From an uncultured delta proteobacterium (lineage in GTDB: Bacteria > Desulfobacterota > Binatia > UBA9968): a stretch of 64,000 nucleotides of DNA. The notes under the pieces were generated by a model, which was given only the letters and a program-made list of their open reading frames with translations, was not told where the DNA came from and did not search any database. This document shows positions 39,792 through 50,155 of this stretch, one piece after another. The DNA lies in assembly GCA_963737905.1 (NCBI GenBank), contig CAVTUQ010000025.1, positions 256,001 through 320,000 of the forward strand. The letters run 5' to 3'. Each line of letters opens with the position of its first letter. Within the stretch, counting starts at the first letter, position 1. The translations under genes were made by a program, and so were the position numbers.

Positions 39792-40262
39792 CTAAGACGA
39801 AGAATGGCCTGCGACACCGTAGACATGACCGCATTGATCGCAGAAGATTACTTGGAACGGACTGGTGATAAACTGCTTTCCCCGTGCCATGCCACTGCCG
39901 GATTTACGCGAGATCACGTGATTCATGCCTACCGCCGAACAGGTGGGGCACTGAGGTTCCGGTTCCAGTCTTTGCTTGAATTCATAGGAAAACTGCGACC
40001 CGTTGCCGGAGTTTTTCTTTCCATCGGCGCCCTTATCATTCCGGAACCCTTTGTTTTTATCGTAGTGAGCACGGCTTTCTTCGTTTGAAAGAACATCGTA
40101 AGCCGCCATGATTTCTTTCAGTTTCTCAGCGGCTTCGCGATTATCGGGATTTCGATCGGGATGATATTGGAACACCAATTTCCGATAGGCGCGTTTGATT
40201 TCGTCAGGAGTCGCTTTTGACTCTATGCCTAGGAGAGAATAATAATCGATCGAATCGTCCAA
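39792..40262 (-). CDS. J-domain protein with a C-terminal zinc ribbon
   Basis: [21 protein letters not shown], then CPTC...CDQCGH. Confidence 0.85.
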   Translation of the reverse strand: MDDSIDYYSLLGIESKATPDEIKRAYRKLVFQYHPDRNPDNREAAEKLKEIMAAYDVLSNEESRAHYDKNKGFRNDKGADGKKNSGNGSQFSYEFKQRLEPEPQCPTCSAVGMNHVISRKSGSGMARGKQFITSPFQVIFCDQCGHVYGVAGHSSS

Positions 40263-40286
40263 CGGCTCACTTCCTTACAATTTTTT

Positions 40287-40763
40287 TTAGGGGCGCCAAA
40301 TGTTCCTTGCTAATTTTCCCCTGCGCTTGTACATGTTGACACAGAGGTCGTAGATTGCCGATCCCGAGCGATCGTCTACCACGCGTTCGCCCTCTCGCGT
40401 CTCGTATTCGACTCGAAACACAACATCGGCCGCCGGGCAATCATTATTGGAAAGTCTGAGCCAACGGCCCTTTTTCTGGTCGACGTATCCGCCGATCGCC
40501 CTCAAGGTCTGAGAAAGCGTAAAAAAGTCCCCCTGATTTGAAGGTTGTCCTCTCTTTTCCGTGCCCTGGGGTTTTAATTCTTCAATATCAATCGGAGTGT
40601 AGTAGAGCGTTACCGGGGTTTCGGCGGGCGGGACTTGATACCCACAGTGGACCAAAATCCTTTCCCTTTCATTCCGTATATCAAAGGCTTTTATGCCTCG
40701 GCTTTCCAGATCTTGTCCAATGACACGAAGGATTTCGGAGTAACTTACAACGGGCACTTCCAT
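40287..40763 (-). CDS. Hypothetical protein with an internal two-fold repeat
   Basis: GGAGG RBS. SEILRVIGQDL and SQTLRAIGGYV recur about 75 aa apart. Confidence 0.6.
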   Translation of the reverse strand: MEVPVVSYSEILRVIGQDLESRGIKAFDIRNERERILVHCGYQVPPAETPVTLYYTPIDIEELKPQGTEKRGQPSNQGDFFTLSQTLRAIGGYVDQKKGRWLRLSNNDCPAADVVFRVEYETREGERVVDDRSGSAIYDLCVNMYKRRGKLARNIWRP

Positions 40764-40928
40764 GGCCTCCCTGATATGTTTAAACCGCGCCCCGAGGCCA
40801 CGGATAATTCTACTAATTATAGGGTGGGTAGGCTAGGCTGTCAAAAATAAGCCGGCGAACCCCGTGTCGGCTTCGGAGTCCCGACGGGGAGGCGAGTTAG
40901 ATACACTGGTGATTTGACGCGGGTTGGT

Positions 40929-41576
40929 TCAGGATGGCAGCATGGCAGGCAGCGCGTCCATGACGCCGATCATGCTGTCACGGGTCACGAGCTTGGCGAG
41001 TTCTGCCTCGCTCAATGCTTCCGTACCCTTGGGCCTCAAGGGGAGAACGAGATAACGGATATCGGCCGTGCTGTCGTGCACCCGTACTTCCACGTCGTCA
41101 GGCAAAACTAGGCCGAATTCCCGCATCACGGCGCGAGGATCACTCACCGCCCGTTGGCGATAGTTAAAGCTCTTGTACCAATCGGGTGGCCGCCCCAAGA
41201 TCGGCCGCGGATAACACGAGCACAAAGTGCAGACGACCATGTGGCGCACCTTTTCAGTATTCTCCAAAACCACGAAGTCGTTAATGCTGGCCGCATCAAT
41301 TCCCATCTCCGCACAGGCAATCTTGGGATCGCCAACAAGGCGAGCTTTGAAGGCCGGATCAACCCAGGCACGAGCGACGAGCTTGGCGCCATTGGCCGGT
41401 GAGCGAGCTTCCTGGTATTCGACTTGGCACTGAATATCCTTGTCGGTGATTACGCCCTTTTCAAGCAAAAGGTCACGGATCGCGTAAATCCGTTTTGCAT
41501 AGTAGCTCAGCTCATGCTTCGGGTGCTCGTGACCATGATCTTGAGGCGTCTGGCCGTTGTCGTGATCTTCGCTCAT
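40929..41576 (-). CDS. Cobalt nitrile hydratase alpha / thiocyanate hydrolase gamma-like subunit
   Basis: GAKLVARAW.DP.FK, VCTLCSCYP, RVHDS..RYLVLP.RP, VTRDSMIGV. Confidence 0.92.
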   Translation of the reverse strand: MSEDHDNGQTPQDHGHEHPKHELSYYAKRIYAIRDLLLEKGVITDKDIQCQVEYQEARSPANGAKLVARAWVDPAFKARLVGDPKIACAEMGIDAASINDFVVLENTEKVRHMVVCTLCSCYPRPILGRPPDWYKSFNYRQRAVSDPRAVMREFGLVLPDDVEVRVHDSTADIRYLVLPLRPKGTEALSEAELAKLVTRDSMIGVMDALPAMLPS

Positions 41577-41589
41577 GGAATTAGCCTCC

Positions 41590-41895
41590 TCATGCGGCGG
41601 GATCCAACCAGTGTTCGTAGATATCGACCAGAACTTTGTCCTTCGAGCCCACGGCCTTTCCCGAAACATCGGCTTGATTGAAGGCAACCAAATAGAGAGT
41701 CCGCTTGGGCAATCCGTCGCGACCGAAAGCGAGCGACTCGGGATTGAGGAAATCGCCATAAACTCGTTCAATCCAGCCGGTCTTGCCGCGAATGTACCAC
41801 GGTGTGCGAATGTGACCTGGGCGATCTTCGAATTTTACTGTAACTCGGTCTCCTGGCTTAAAGTTACCCACCGGCAAATTCACGGCTCGCCCCAT
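41590..41895 (-). CDS. SH3-like subunit (NHase beta C-half / thiocyanate hydrolase alpha-like)
   Basis: FKPGDRV.V, GHIRTP.YIRGKTG, LY.V.F, DIYEHWL. Confidence 0.88.
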   Translation of the reverse strand: MGRAVNLPVGNFKPGDRVTVKFEDRPGHIRTPWYIRGKTGWIERVYGDFLNPESLAFGRDGLPKRTLYLVAFNQADVSGKAVGSKDKVLVDIYEHWLDPAA

Positions 41896-42191
41896 TTAGA
41901 TTCAAATTCGGCAAGCTTCCGGTCGATTTCCTCTTTTGTGAGGATATTCTTCTCGACCAGAACAGTTTCAATGCTCGCAATCCAACGCTCGTAGTAAGTC
42001 ATGTCGCGGTAGGCCGCGGAATCCATCTCCTCTCGTGCCCGGCGCATCTCGTCGGTCCGTTTGATCCCGTTGGCTCCGAGCGCCTGATTGACCGCGTCTG
42101 CGAGGATTTCCCAATCGGAAAGTTCGTGTTCAGTCTGATCGATCTTTCCGGCACCGGGCAACCCGCCGATATCGTGATGTCCCCTCGGCAC
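41880..42191 (-). CDS. NHase beta N-half / thiocyanate hydrolase beta-like subunit
   Basis: HDIGG, WE, DEMRRA.E, YYERW, LVEK.IL..EE. Confidence 0.88.
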   Translation of the reverse strand: MPRGHHDIGGLPGAGKIDQTEHELSDWEILADAVNQALGANGIKRTDEMRRAREEMDSAAYRDMTYYERWIASIETVLVEKNILTKEEIDRKLAEFESKWGEP

Positions 42192-42203
42192 GATTAACTC
42201 CGT

Positions 42204-43976
42204 CTAACTATTGAGTCTGCTCGCGAGCGCTTTGTGTTCTTCCTTGATACCAGCCGGCAGGCGATCGCCGAAGGTATCGAAGAAATCGCTCTGGCTCTTG
42301 AGATTATTCTTCCAAGCCTCGCAGTCGACGGCCACCAGTTGATCGAGATCGCCCTTGGAAATTTCGAGTCCTTCGCCGCTCAGGCTCGACGCCTTGGGCA
42401 CATAGCCGATGGGCGTCTCATTGGCCTGGCCCCCGCCCTTGCAGCGCTCGATGATCCAGCGCAACACCCGCAAGTTTTCGCCAAAGCCGGGCCAGAGAAA
42501 CCGGCCACGCTCGTTGCGTTGGAACCAGTTGACGCGGAAGATCTTCGGTGGATTGCTGGCCCGCTTGGCCATTGATAGCCAATGGCTCCAATAGTCACCC
42601 ATGTTGTAGCCGCAGAACGGCAGCATCGCCATCGGATCTCGCCGCACCACACCCACGGCGCCGGTGGCCGCCGCGGTGGTTTCGGAGGCCAGTGTCGCCC
42701 CAAGAAAAGTGCCATGCTGCCAATTGAAGGATTGATAGACGAGCGGGATCATTTTTTGCCGGCGCGCCCCGAAAAGGATCGCGCTGATCGGCACGCCTTC
42801 GGGCTTCTCCCACTCTGAGGAGTAGCTCGGACATTGTTTTATCGACACAGTGAAGCGGGCGTTGGGGTGCGCCGCCGGGTGGCCGCCTTCGGGGTCCCAG
42901 GGCTTGCCGCGCCAATCCTGAGCATCGTTGGGCACGGGATCGTCGTGTCCTTCCCACCAGACGGTTCCGTCCGCTCGCAAAGCTACGTTGGTAAAAATGG
43001 TGTCTCTCGTGACTGTCTTCATGGCGTTTCGATTAGTATTCGATCCGGTCCCCGGCGCAACACCGAAGCAGCCGGCTTCCGGATTGACCGCCCAAAGTCT
43101 GCCGTCCTTGCCGACGCGCAACCAAGAAATATCATCGCCGATGGTGTGGATCTTCCAGCCTTTCATGCTTGGCGGCGGAACCAGCATCGCGAGATTGGTC
43201 TTACCGCAGGCGCTTGGAAAGGCGCCGCAGACATAGTGGATCTCGCCATCTGGGCTTTCCACCCCGACGATCAGCATATGCTCGGCGAGCCAGCCTTCTT
43301 GCTGTCCGAGTTTGCTGGCAATACGCAGAGCCAAGCATTTTTTCGCCAACAACGCGTTGCCGCCGTAGCCCGAACCAACGCTCCAGATGGTATTGTCCTG
43401 AGGGTAATGACAGATGAAGCGGCGCTCGATGTCGAGGTCGGCCTTGGAATGGAGACAACGGGTAAAATCGTCGGAACCGCCGAGATGATCGAGCGCGATC
43501 TGGCCCATGCGCGTCATGATACGCATGTTGAGCACGACATAGACGCTGTCGGTCACTTGAATTCCGACCTTGCTGAACGACGAGCCCCGCGCGCCCATGA
43601 GAAACGGAATGACATACATCGTGCGTCCTCGCATCGAGCCGGCATAAATTTTCGACAGCTTGTCGTAGGATTCCGCGGGGGCCATCCAGTTGTTGTTAGG
43701 GCCTGCATCTTCCTGCCGCTCTGTGCAGACGAAGGTCAAATTTTCGGTGCGCGCGACATCGTTGAGAGCGCTGCGATGCAAATAGCAACCTGGTAATTTC
43801 TTTTGATTCAGCTCGATTAGATCCCCGCACTGAAGGGCGATTTGTGTTAGTCGTTCACGCTCGTCCTCGGAACCGTCGCACCAGAAAACTTCGTCAGGCT
43901 GGCATAGTGCAGCTACATCTTTGACCCATTTCTGGACATGGGAATTGGACGGTACCGTTCCTGTTACTTTATTCAT
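42204..43976 (-). CDS. pckG: Phosphoenolpyruvate carboxykinase (GTP)
   Basis: GSGYGGNALL.KKC, AFPSACGKTNLAM, IGDDI, HPNARF, VNWF. Confidence 0.96.
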   Translation of the reverse strand: MNKVTGTVPSNSHVQKWVKDVAALCQPDEVFWCDGSEDERERLTQIALQCGDLIELNQKKLPGCYLHRSALNDVARTENLTFVCTERQEDAGPNNNWMAPAESYDKLSKIYAGSMRGRTMYVIPFLMGARGSSFSKVGIQVTDSVYVVLNMRIMTRMGQIALDHLGGSDDFTRCLHSKADLDIERRFICHYPQDNTIWSVGSGYGGNALLAKKCLALRIASKLGQQEGWLAEHMLIVGVESPDGEIHYVCGAFPSACGKTNLAMLVPPPSMKGWKIHTIGDDISWLRVGKDGRLWAVNPEAGCFGVAPGTGSNTNRNAMKTVTRDTIFTNVALRADGTVWWEGHDDPVPNDAQDWRGKPWDPEGGHPAAHPNARFTVSIKQCPSYSSEWEKPEGVPISAILFGARRQKMIPLVYQSFNWQHGTFLGATLASETTAAATGAVGVVRRDPMAMLPFCGYNMGDYWSHWLSMAKRASNPPKIFRVNWFQRNERGRFLWPGFGENLRVLRWIIERCKGGGQANETPIGYVPKASSLSGEGLEISKGDLDQLVAVDCEAWKNNLKSQSDFFDTFGDRLPAGIKEEHKALASRLNS

Positions 43977-44106
43977 AGCGTCGATTTTCTCCCTTACAGA
44001 CTTGGCTCTCTACTTTTCAAACTATCCGATTGAGAACGGGGATGTCAACTAACCCATCGGCTCTCAATAAATGGCAACCAAAGTCCCAAAAAAGCGGCCG
44101 AGGATG

Positions 44107-45000
44107 CTATCCTCGGAACACCCGGACCAGACGCCAACGTCCACCGGGAATATCTTCAACCCACTCTACTAATGCAACCAACCCCCCGCAGGGGTCGAGG
44201 ATGCGCGCCAGCTTCTCGGCCCCGATCGGTTTATCTAACTCCCGCAAGATTTCTTGCTGCCCCAGACGGAGTCGAGCCAGCAGTTGGTTTTCCCAGGTAA
44301 CGGCTCGAAGATGGTCCAAGGCTTTTTCCAAAGAAAGGAGGAGAGCCTTTGAATCGACCCGCTCAAGCTCGTCCAAAGTCACCGCCCGATCTACCGTCAG
44401 ATGACCGCACGCGATTCGGCGGAGGCTTTTCAGATGCGCGCCGCAACCGAGAGATTGTCCCATGTCAGCCGCCAGAGTCCGAACGTAAGTTCCACGAGAG
44501 CAGGTCAACTCAATTTCGATCTCATCTTTGCCCAACTGATTCAGTTGAAGCCTTTCAACCCTGATGGAACGCGGTTCGCGCGGCACTTCTTTACCCTGGC
44601 GTGCCAGCCGATAGAGGGGCACCCCGTCCCTCTTGAGCGCCGAGAACATCGGCGGCACCTGCCGCAGGTCACCGGAGAATTGCTGTTCGAGCTTTTCAAG
44701 TTCCGCTTTTCCTAGAGTCGGCACGGCTCGTACTTGCACAATAGTTCCGGTGGCGTCCTGAGAATCGGTTTCTACTCCCAGGACCATGATGCCGCGATAG
44801 CTCTTGGCGGCGCTCAGGAATAGATCGGCAACCTTCGTCCCCTCATTAATTCCTAAAACCAACAATCCGGAAGCAAACGGGTCCAAGGTACCCAGATGAC
44901 CAACCTTCTTCGCTCCCAACAGAACCTTGACCCTGTGCACCACCTGTGCGGAGGAGGGACCTTCTAGCTTGTCGATCAAAAGGAGGCCGCTATCCACCAC
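44107..45000 (-). CDS. truB: tRNA pseudouridine(55) synthase
   Basis: KVGHLGTLDPFASG, PPMFSALK, CSRGTYVRTL. Confidence 0.96.
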   Translation of the reverse strand: MVDSGLLLIDKLEGPSSAQVVHRVKVLLGAKKVGHLGTLDPFASGLLVLGINEGTKVADLFLSAAKSYRGIMVLGVETDSQDATGTIVQVRAVPTLGKAELEKLEQQFSGDLRQVPPMFSALKRDGVPLYRLARQGKEVPREPRSIRVERLQLNQLGKDEIEIELTCSRGTYVRTLAADMGQSLGCGAHLKSLRRIACGHLTVDRAVTLDELERVDSKALLLSLEKALDHLRAVTWENQLLARLRLGQQEILRELDKPIGAEKLARILDPCGGLVALVEWVEDIPGGRWRLVRVFRG

Positions 45001-45063
45001 GATATCGCTCCGCTTAACGACCCTTGTACTGTAAAGCGATGATAGATTGATGAAAGGAAAGGT

Positions 45064-45405
45064 CTATTGCCTAACCTGTTTCAGAAGATTTTCGATCCGC
45101 TGCGCTTCATCTTGCGTCTCGTCGTAGAAGAACTCGATGGTTGGGACAAATCGAAGGTTCAATTGTTTGCCAATCTTTGAGCGAATAAATCCGGTGGCGC
45201 TTTGCAACCCCGCCAGCACGTCTTTCCTATTCTCACGGTCACCAAAAAGATTAAAGTAAACACGCGCGTGGCGAAGATCTTTGCTGACCTTAGCAGCCGT
45301 GATCGTGACCGCGCCGAGGCGAGGGTCACGGATTTCTCTTCTCAACAGTTCCGAGATCAACTCCACGAGCAAATCACCGACCCGGTCTGAACGTTGATAA
45401 TCCAT
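45064..45405 (-). CDS. rbfA: Ribosome-binding factor A
   Basis: RSDRV, IRDPRLG, SKDLRHA, LRFVP.I.FFYD. Operon position. Confidence 0.95.
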   Translation of the reverse strand: MDYQRSDRVGDLLVELISELLRREIRDPRLGAVTITAAKVSKDLRHARVYFNLFGDRENRKDVLAGLQSATGFIRSKIGKQLNLRFVPTIEFFYDETQDEAQRIENLLKQVRQ

Positions 45406-45424
45406 GAGCGGTCACTAAGCTGCA

Positions 45425-45712
45425 TCAGCAATGATAGAACTCGATTTCGGCGCGGCCCACCTCGGCCAACCCCATATCGTCCACAAACTCCACGACCTTC
45501 TGGAGCATTGCGTCGAGGACGGGCTGACTTGTGCCGACGACGCCGAAGCCCAGGACTGCGCTTTGCCAGAGATCTTGGTCACCGCACTCAGTGACGGAGA
45601 TGTTAAATTGATTTCCAACCTGCGCCTGGATTCGTTTTAACACCCCTCGCTTTCCCTTCAAAGAGTGATTCTCGGGGAGCACAAGGTTGAGCTTGAGAAC
45701 CCCCACGACCAT
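45425..45712 (-). CDS. DUF503 (YlxP) family protein
   Basis: SLKGKRGVL, FNISV.E, QDLWQ. Lies between infB and rbfA. Confidence 0.88.
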   Translation of the reverse strand: MVVGVLKLNLVLPENHSLKGKRGVLKRIQAQVGNQFNISVTECGDQDLWQSAVLGFGVVGTSQPVLDAMLQKVVEFVDDMGLAEVGRAEIEFYHC

Positions 45713-45751
45713 CGAGGCCGAGGGCGATGGATCATGATGTCGGCTTATCGC

Positions 45752-48523
45752 TTATCCTCTACTCGCGTGCGATGCTTCTCGTCCCCCGGCGGTGGTCGCG
45801 ATACGCCTTATCACGGGGATTTTCTCGTACGCTTCGACCACGTCTCCCTGCTTGATATCCTGGAAGCCTTCGATGGCAAGACCACATTCGTAACCGGCAG
45901 CTACCTCACGGACGTCGTCTTTGAAACGTTTGAGGCTGCCTAGCTTGCCTTCGTGTACGACCACCTGATCTCTCAGCAACCGTACCAAACTTCCGCGCTG
46001 GACTTTTCCTTCAGCGACATAGCAACCGGCAACCGTACCCGCGCCGGAGATATTGAAGACCTGGCGAACTTCAACCCGACCCATAATTTGCTCGCGGTAG
46101 GTCGGTTCCAACAGTCCTTCCATTGCTGCCCTCACATCGGCTACCGCTTCATAGATGATCGTGTACAAACGAACGTCCACCCCTTCTTTAGCCGCCAGCG
46201 AAGCTCCTTTGGCTTCCGGCCGAACATTGAAGCCAATCACAATGGCATTGGAGGCTGCCGCCAGCAAGATATCACTCTCGGTAATGCCGCCAACGGACCC
46301 GTGGATCACCCGGAACTTGACTTCGTCGCTGGAGAGCCGACCTAGAGCTTCCGTTAAAGCTTCTACGGAGCCCTGGACATCCGCTTTGAGGACGACCCGG
46401 AGTTCCCTCACATCGCCCGCTTTGATCTGATCGTAAAGTTCTTCCAGCGAAACCTTGCTCGACTTAACCAGCTCGGTCTCTCTTTGCTTGCTGTGGCGAT
46501 ACTCCGCAACCTGCCGCGCCTTTGCCTCGTCGGCAACCGCGACGAAAGAATCTCCAGCCTGCGGAACACCCTGCAGGCCAAGAATTTCCACGGGGAAAGA
46601 AGGCGAAGCCGCATCTACTTTACGTCCCCGATCATCGACCATCGCCCGCACCTTGCCATAGAATACACCGCAGACAAAGGCATCACCGACGTGCAAGGTC
46701 CCCTCCTGCACGAGCACGGTTGCCACCGGTCCGCGTCCACGATCGAGTTTGGCTTCAACAATCGTCCCGCGGGCAAGTTTGTTTGGATTGGCCTTGAGCT
46801 CGAGTATGTCCGCCTGTAACAGAAGCATTTCGAGGAGATGAGGAATACCCTCTTGGGTCTTCGCCGATACCGGCGCAAAAACCGTATCCCCCCCCCAGTC
46901 CTCCGATACGAGCCCGTATTCCGAAAGCCCCCTTTTCACCCGCTCAAGGTTGGCGTCTGGCCTGTCGATTTTGTTGATCGCGACGATGATGGGCACTTCA
47001 GCGGCGCGCGCATGGTTGATCGCCTCCACAGTCTGCGGCATGACACCGTCGTCCGCCGCCACCACCAGCACGACGATATCCGTCACCTGCGCACCGCGCG
47101 CCCGCATGGCGGTGAACGCTTCATGACCGGGAGTATCCAAGAAAGTTACACTGCGGCCGTCAACTTGCACATGATACGCGCCGATATGTTGGGTAATGCC
47201 GCCGTGCTCTTGATCCGTCACATGGGTGCTGCGAATAGCGTCGAGCAACGAGGTCTTTCCGTGGTCGACGTGGCCCATAATGGTGACCACCGGCGACCGC
47301 GGCATCAGTGCCGTCTCCTGTTCTTCCACCTGGTGCTCGACTTCAAGAGCGCTGTCGGCGTCGAATGCGACATTCTCTACTTGATGGTCGAACTCCGAAG
47401 CAATCAGGGTCGCGGTATCCGCATCCAAAACCTGATTAATCGTCGCCATCATCCCGAGCCCCATTAATTTCTTAATGACCTCCCCGGCCTTGACACCCAT
47501 GTCACGCGCCAAGTCACCGACGGTAATGACTTCGGAGATTTTAATAATGCGCTTGCTGGCCCTGGGAACAGTAATCTCGGTTTTTCTTTGCTCTTTTCCG
47601 GGGAGCGCTCTCTTCTTTCTCGGGATACGCCCGGAGCGAAGCTCTTTTTCTCGAAACTCCAAGACATCTTGTTTCTTGACGACGCGCTTCTTGTGGCGGC
47701 CGGCCTTGGCTGGTTTCTCCCCTTCGGCTCCTTCTGGCTTGGGGGCCTCGCCTTCGCGAGCGGGTTTGAGAGTGTCTGCCGCCGGCCTCTGAGTTACCAC
47801 CGGTGCGCCGGGTACCGGACGCCGAGCTACGGGTGTCGGCGCCGGCTCGACTCTCGTTGTTCGCCTAAGATCGATACGGCCCAGGATCCGCGCACCGCGG
47901 GGTGCTTCTTCTTGAACGGGCGCTGGTTTTTCTTCTGCGCCCGGCTTGGGAGCGGGTTCTTCTGGCACCCCCTGCACCGAAGGCGCCGCTTCTGCTGTCA
48001 CTTCCTCAGTACCAAGAGGTTCTTCCTGAAAAACCGCATCCATCTCACCCACCAGGTGATCTGGCATTTCAATTTCAGGCGTAGATTGATCCGGCAATTC
48101 CTCGGCAGGTGCAATCGGTGCTGCCGTTTCTTCGATGGCCGGGGCGGGTGTTTTCTCGAGGCCGGGCTCGACTCCCGTCTCGGGTCTCTCAACCACCTGC
48201 GCAGCCACCTCGACCCGGCTGGTGCGGCGGCGAATGACATTGGCTCGAACCCTTCGCTCCACCACCGTTTCCCGAGCCTGAATTTCTCCGAGGTTCTCAT
48301 CCTCTGCGGTCACGACACGGTCCGCGACGACTTTTTCTTCGCCAACGTGGACCTGAGGCTTCTCTTGTCCTGCTAACACCGCCCTGAGACGAGTTACTTC
48401 GTCATCTTCCAGGGAACTCTGAGCCTTACGGCCGCGAATTCCCAGTTTGTCAAGCTGGGCAATGAGATCCTTGGTCTCGATTCCAAGTTCCTTAGCCAAT
48501 AAATGGACTCTCGTTTTTCCCAT
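45752..48523 (-). CDS. infB: Translation initiation factor IF-2
   Basis: [44 protein letters not shown]. Confidence 0.98.
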   Translation of the reverse strand: MGKTRVHLLAKELGIETKDLIAQLDKLGIRGRKAQSSLEDDEVTRLRAVLAGQEKPQVHVGEEKVVADRVVTAEDENLGEIQARETVVERRVRANVIRRRTSRVEVAAQVVERPETGVEPGLEKTPAPAIEETAAPIAPAEELPDQSTPEIEMPDHLVGEMDAVFQEEPLGTEEVTAEAAPSVQGVPEEPAPKPGAEEKPAPVQEEAPRGARILGRIDLRRTTRVEPAPTPVARRPVPGAPVVTQRPAADTLKPAREGEAPKPEGAEGEKPAKAGRHKKRVVKKQDVLEFREKELRSGRIPRKKRALPGKEQRKTEITVPRASKRIIKISEVITVGDLARDMGVKAGEVIKKLMGLGMMATINQVLDADTATLIASEFDHQVENVAFDADSALEVEHQVEEQETALMPRSPVVTIMGHVDHGKTSLLDAIRSTHVTDQEHGGITQHIGAYHVQVDGRSVTFLDTPGHEAFTAMRARGAQVTDIVVLVVAADDGVMPQTVEAINHARAAEVPIIVAINKIDRPDANLERVKRGLSEYGLVSEDWGGDTVFAPVSAKTQEGIPHLLEMLLLQADILELKANPNKLARGTIVEAKLDRGRGPVATVLVQEGTLHVGDAFVCGVFYGKVRAMVDDRGRKVDAASPSFPVEILGLQGVPQAGDSFVAVADEAKARQVAEYRHSKQRETELVKSSKVSLEELYDQIKAGDVRELRVVLKADVQGSVEALTEALGRLSSDEVKFRVIHGSVGGITESDILLAAASNAIVIGFNVRPEAKGASLAAKEGVDVRLYTIIYEAVADVRAAMEGLLEPTYREQIMGRVEVRQVFNISGAGTVAGCYVAEGKVQRGSLVRLLRDQVVVHEGKLGSLKRFKDDVREVAAGYECGLAIEGFQDIKQGDVVEAYEKIPVIRRIATTAGGREASHASRG

Positions 48524-48526
48524 CTC

Positions 48527-48805
48527 TTACTCTCCGTATCGCTCCCTCAATTCTAGAATTATTTTTCCCCTTACATCCTTGCCGATTTCGACATGAAATG
48601 CCCGATGAAGACTCTTTCTCCGCAAAAAAGCCTGCCAACAGGAATGAACCGGGTGGAGATATCCTCCCCGACCGTTACCCAACCAGTCCATTTTCAGCTC
48701 ACCCTGTTCGCCGACGACCAGGCGAATTAATCTATTCTGCTCCTCTCTCTCGCCACATCCCAAGCATGTCCGTCGTGGACGATGGCCTCGTTTCGACAAA
48801 GGCAC
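48527..48805 (-). CDS. ylxR: YlxR-family RNA-binding protein
   Basis: PRRTCLGC, LIRLV, GRGGYL. Lies between nusA and infB. Confidence 0.85.
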   Translation of the reverse strand: MPLSKRGHRPRRTCLGCGEREEQNRLIRLVVGEQGELKMDWLGNGRGGYLHPVHSCWQAFLRRKSLHRAFHVEIGKDVRGKIILELRERYGE

Positions 48806-48807
48806 AC

Positions 48808-50154
48808 CTAGGATTCCTGAGGTTGTTTTTCCTCCACTGATTGCACTTCTAATTGCACTTCGCTGATGGCCGCCGCTGCTTCGGCTGCGGCTTGTGCCTC
48901 TTGTTCCTTCTTCCGCTTCTCGGCTATGTATTCCTTGGCGGATTTGTGCAATGCCTCGGCTTTATCCTTGCTTACGCCTTCGACATCGAGGATGTCTTCC
49001 AATTCGCTGTCGGCCACTTCCTCGGCAGATTTGAATCCAGCCTGGTACAGGAGCTCGGCCGCAAAATCGTTGATGCCGGGGATAGCTCCGATCGACTGCC
49101 GCGCCTGGCGTGTCTCTTCTTCGGCCTCAGCTTCGCTGCGCACATCGATCCGCCAGCCGGTCAGGCGCGACGCCAGGCGGACGTTTTGGCCCTTCTTGCC
49201 GATGGCAAGAGAGAGCTGATCGTCGGGAACAATAACCTCCATGCTGTGCTCGTCGTCATCGATGATAATTTTAGAAACTTTTGCCGGCGCCAGAGCCCGG
49301 CACACGTATTCGGCTTGATCGGGTATCCAGTGAACGATGTCGATTTTCTCGCCGCGCAACTCCTGAACCACCGACTGAACCCGCGTCCCCTTCATGCCAA
49401 CGCAGGCCCCCACAGGATCGACATCGGGATCATTGGAGACAACGGCGATCTTCGCCCGACCTCCGGGCTCACGCGCCGCGCCTTTAACTTCCACGATGCC
49501 TTCGTAGATTTCCGGAACTTCCTGCTCAAAAAGTTTTGTGAGCATGCCGGGATGGGTGCGCGACAGGACAATCTGCGGACCGCGACTCGTGATCTCCACG
49601 CTCACAATGTAGGCTCGAATCCGATCTCCTTGCCGGTATCGTTCCCTCGGCACTTGCTCCTTTTCCGGGAGAATGGCATCGGTGCGTCCCAGATTCACAA
49701 TTATGTTACGTTTCTCGAAGCGCTGCACAATGCCGTTGACCAACTGTCCTTCTCGCCCCTTAAACTCGTTATAGATAATCTCCCGCTCCGCATCTCGAAC
49801 ACGTTGGACAATATTTTGTTTGGCCGCTTGCGCGGCGATGCGCCCGAATATGCTGGAATCCAGTTTGCTCAGAAGCTCGTCGCCGATCTCGGCATCCGGA
49901 TCAAGAGCCTCTCGAGCCTCCTGCAAGGTCACCTCCACAGCCGGGTCTTGCACGTTTTCCACCACGGTTTTGGCTTCGAAGAGCTCCACCTCGCCGATCT
50001 CTGGATTGAACTGGGCCTCGATCTTTCGTTGATGACCGAAAGTCTTCTTGGCCGCTGAGATCATGGCATTTTCCAAAGCGCTGATGAGGATAGACTTGTC
50101 GATGCCTTTTTCTTTGCTTACTTGTTCGATAACTCGATTGAGATCCTGCTGCAT
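48808..50154 (-). CDS. nusA: Transcription elongation factor NusA
   Basis: FGRIAAQAAKQ, AREPGGRAKIAV, GACVG, LSLAIGKKGQNVRLA. Confidence 0.97.
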   Translation of the reverse strand: MQQDLNRVIEQVSKEKGIDKSILISALENAMISAAKKTFGHQRKIEAQFNPEIGEVELFEAKTVVENVQDPAVEVTLQEAREALDPDAEIGDELLSKLDSSIFGRIAAQAAKQNIVQRVRDAEREIIYNEFKGREGQLVNGIVQRFEKRNIIVNLGRTDAILPEKEQVPRERYRQGDRIRAYIVSVEITSRGPQIVLSRTHPGMLTKLFEQEVPEIYEGIVEVKGAAREPGGRAKIAVVSNDPDVDPVGACVGMKGTRVQSVVQELRGEKIDIVHWIPDQAEYVCRALAPAKVSKIIIDDDEHSMEVIVPDDQLSLAIGKKGQNVRLASRLTGWRIDVRSEAEAEEETRQARQSIGAIPGINDFAAELLYQAGFKSAEEVADSELEDILDVEGVSKDKAEALHKSAKEYIAEKRKKEQEAQAAAEAAAAISEVQLEVQSVEEKQPQES

Positions 50155-50155
50155 A

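Noticed and set aside
40858-40890. Hairpin CCCCGTGTCGG...CCGACGGGG after the hydratase genes
   Set aside because: Single copy with no U-tract; cannot be called as a terminator, REP or ncRNA.
1-42191. Link between tgt/queA and the three-subunit hydratase (deazapurine nitrile-to-amide pathway)
   Set aside because: They are about 39 kb apart with no queC/D/E or other linking genes.
48853-50058. Long antisense ORFs over nusA (also over pckG 42834-43796 and dnaB 61571-62653)
   Set aside because: Expected opposite conserved GC-rich genes; no recognisable domains.
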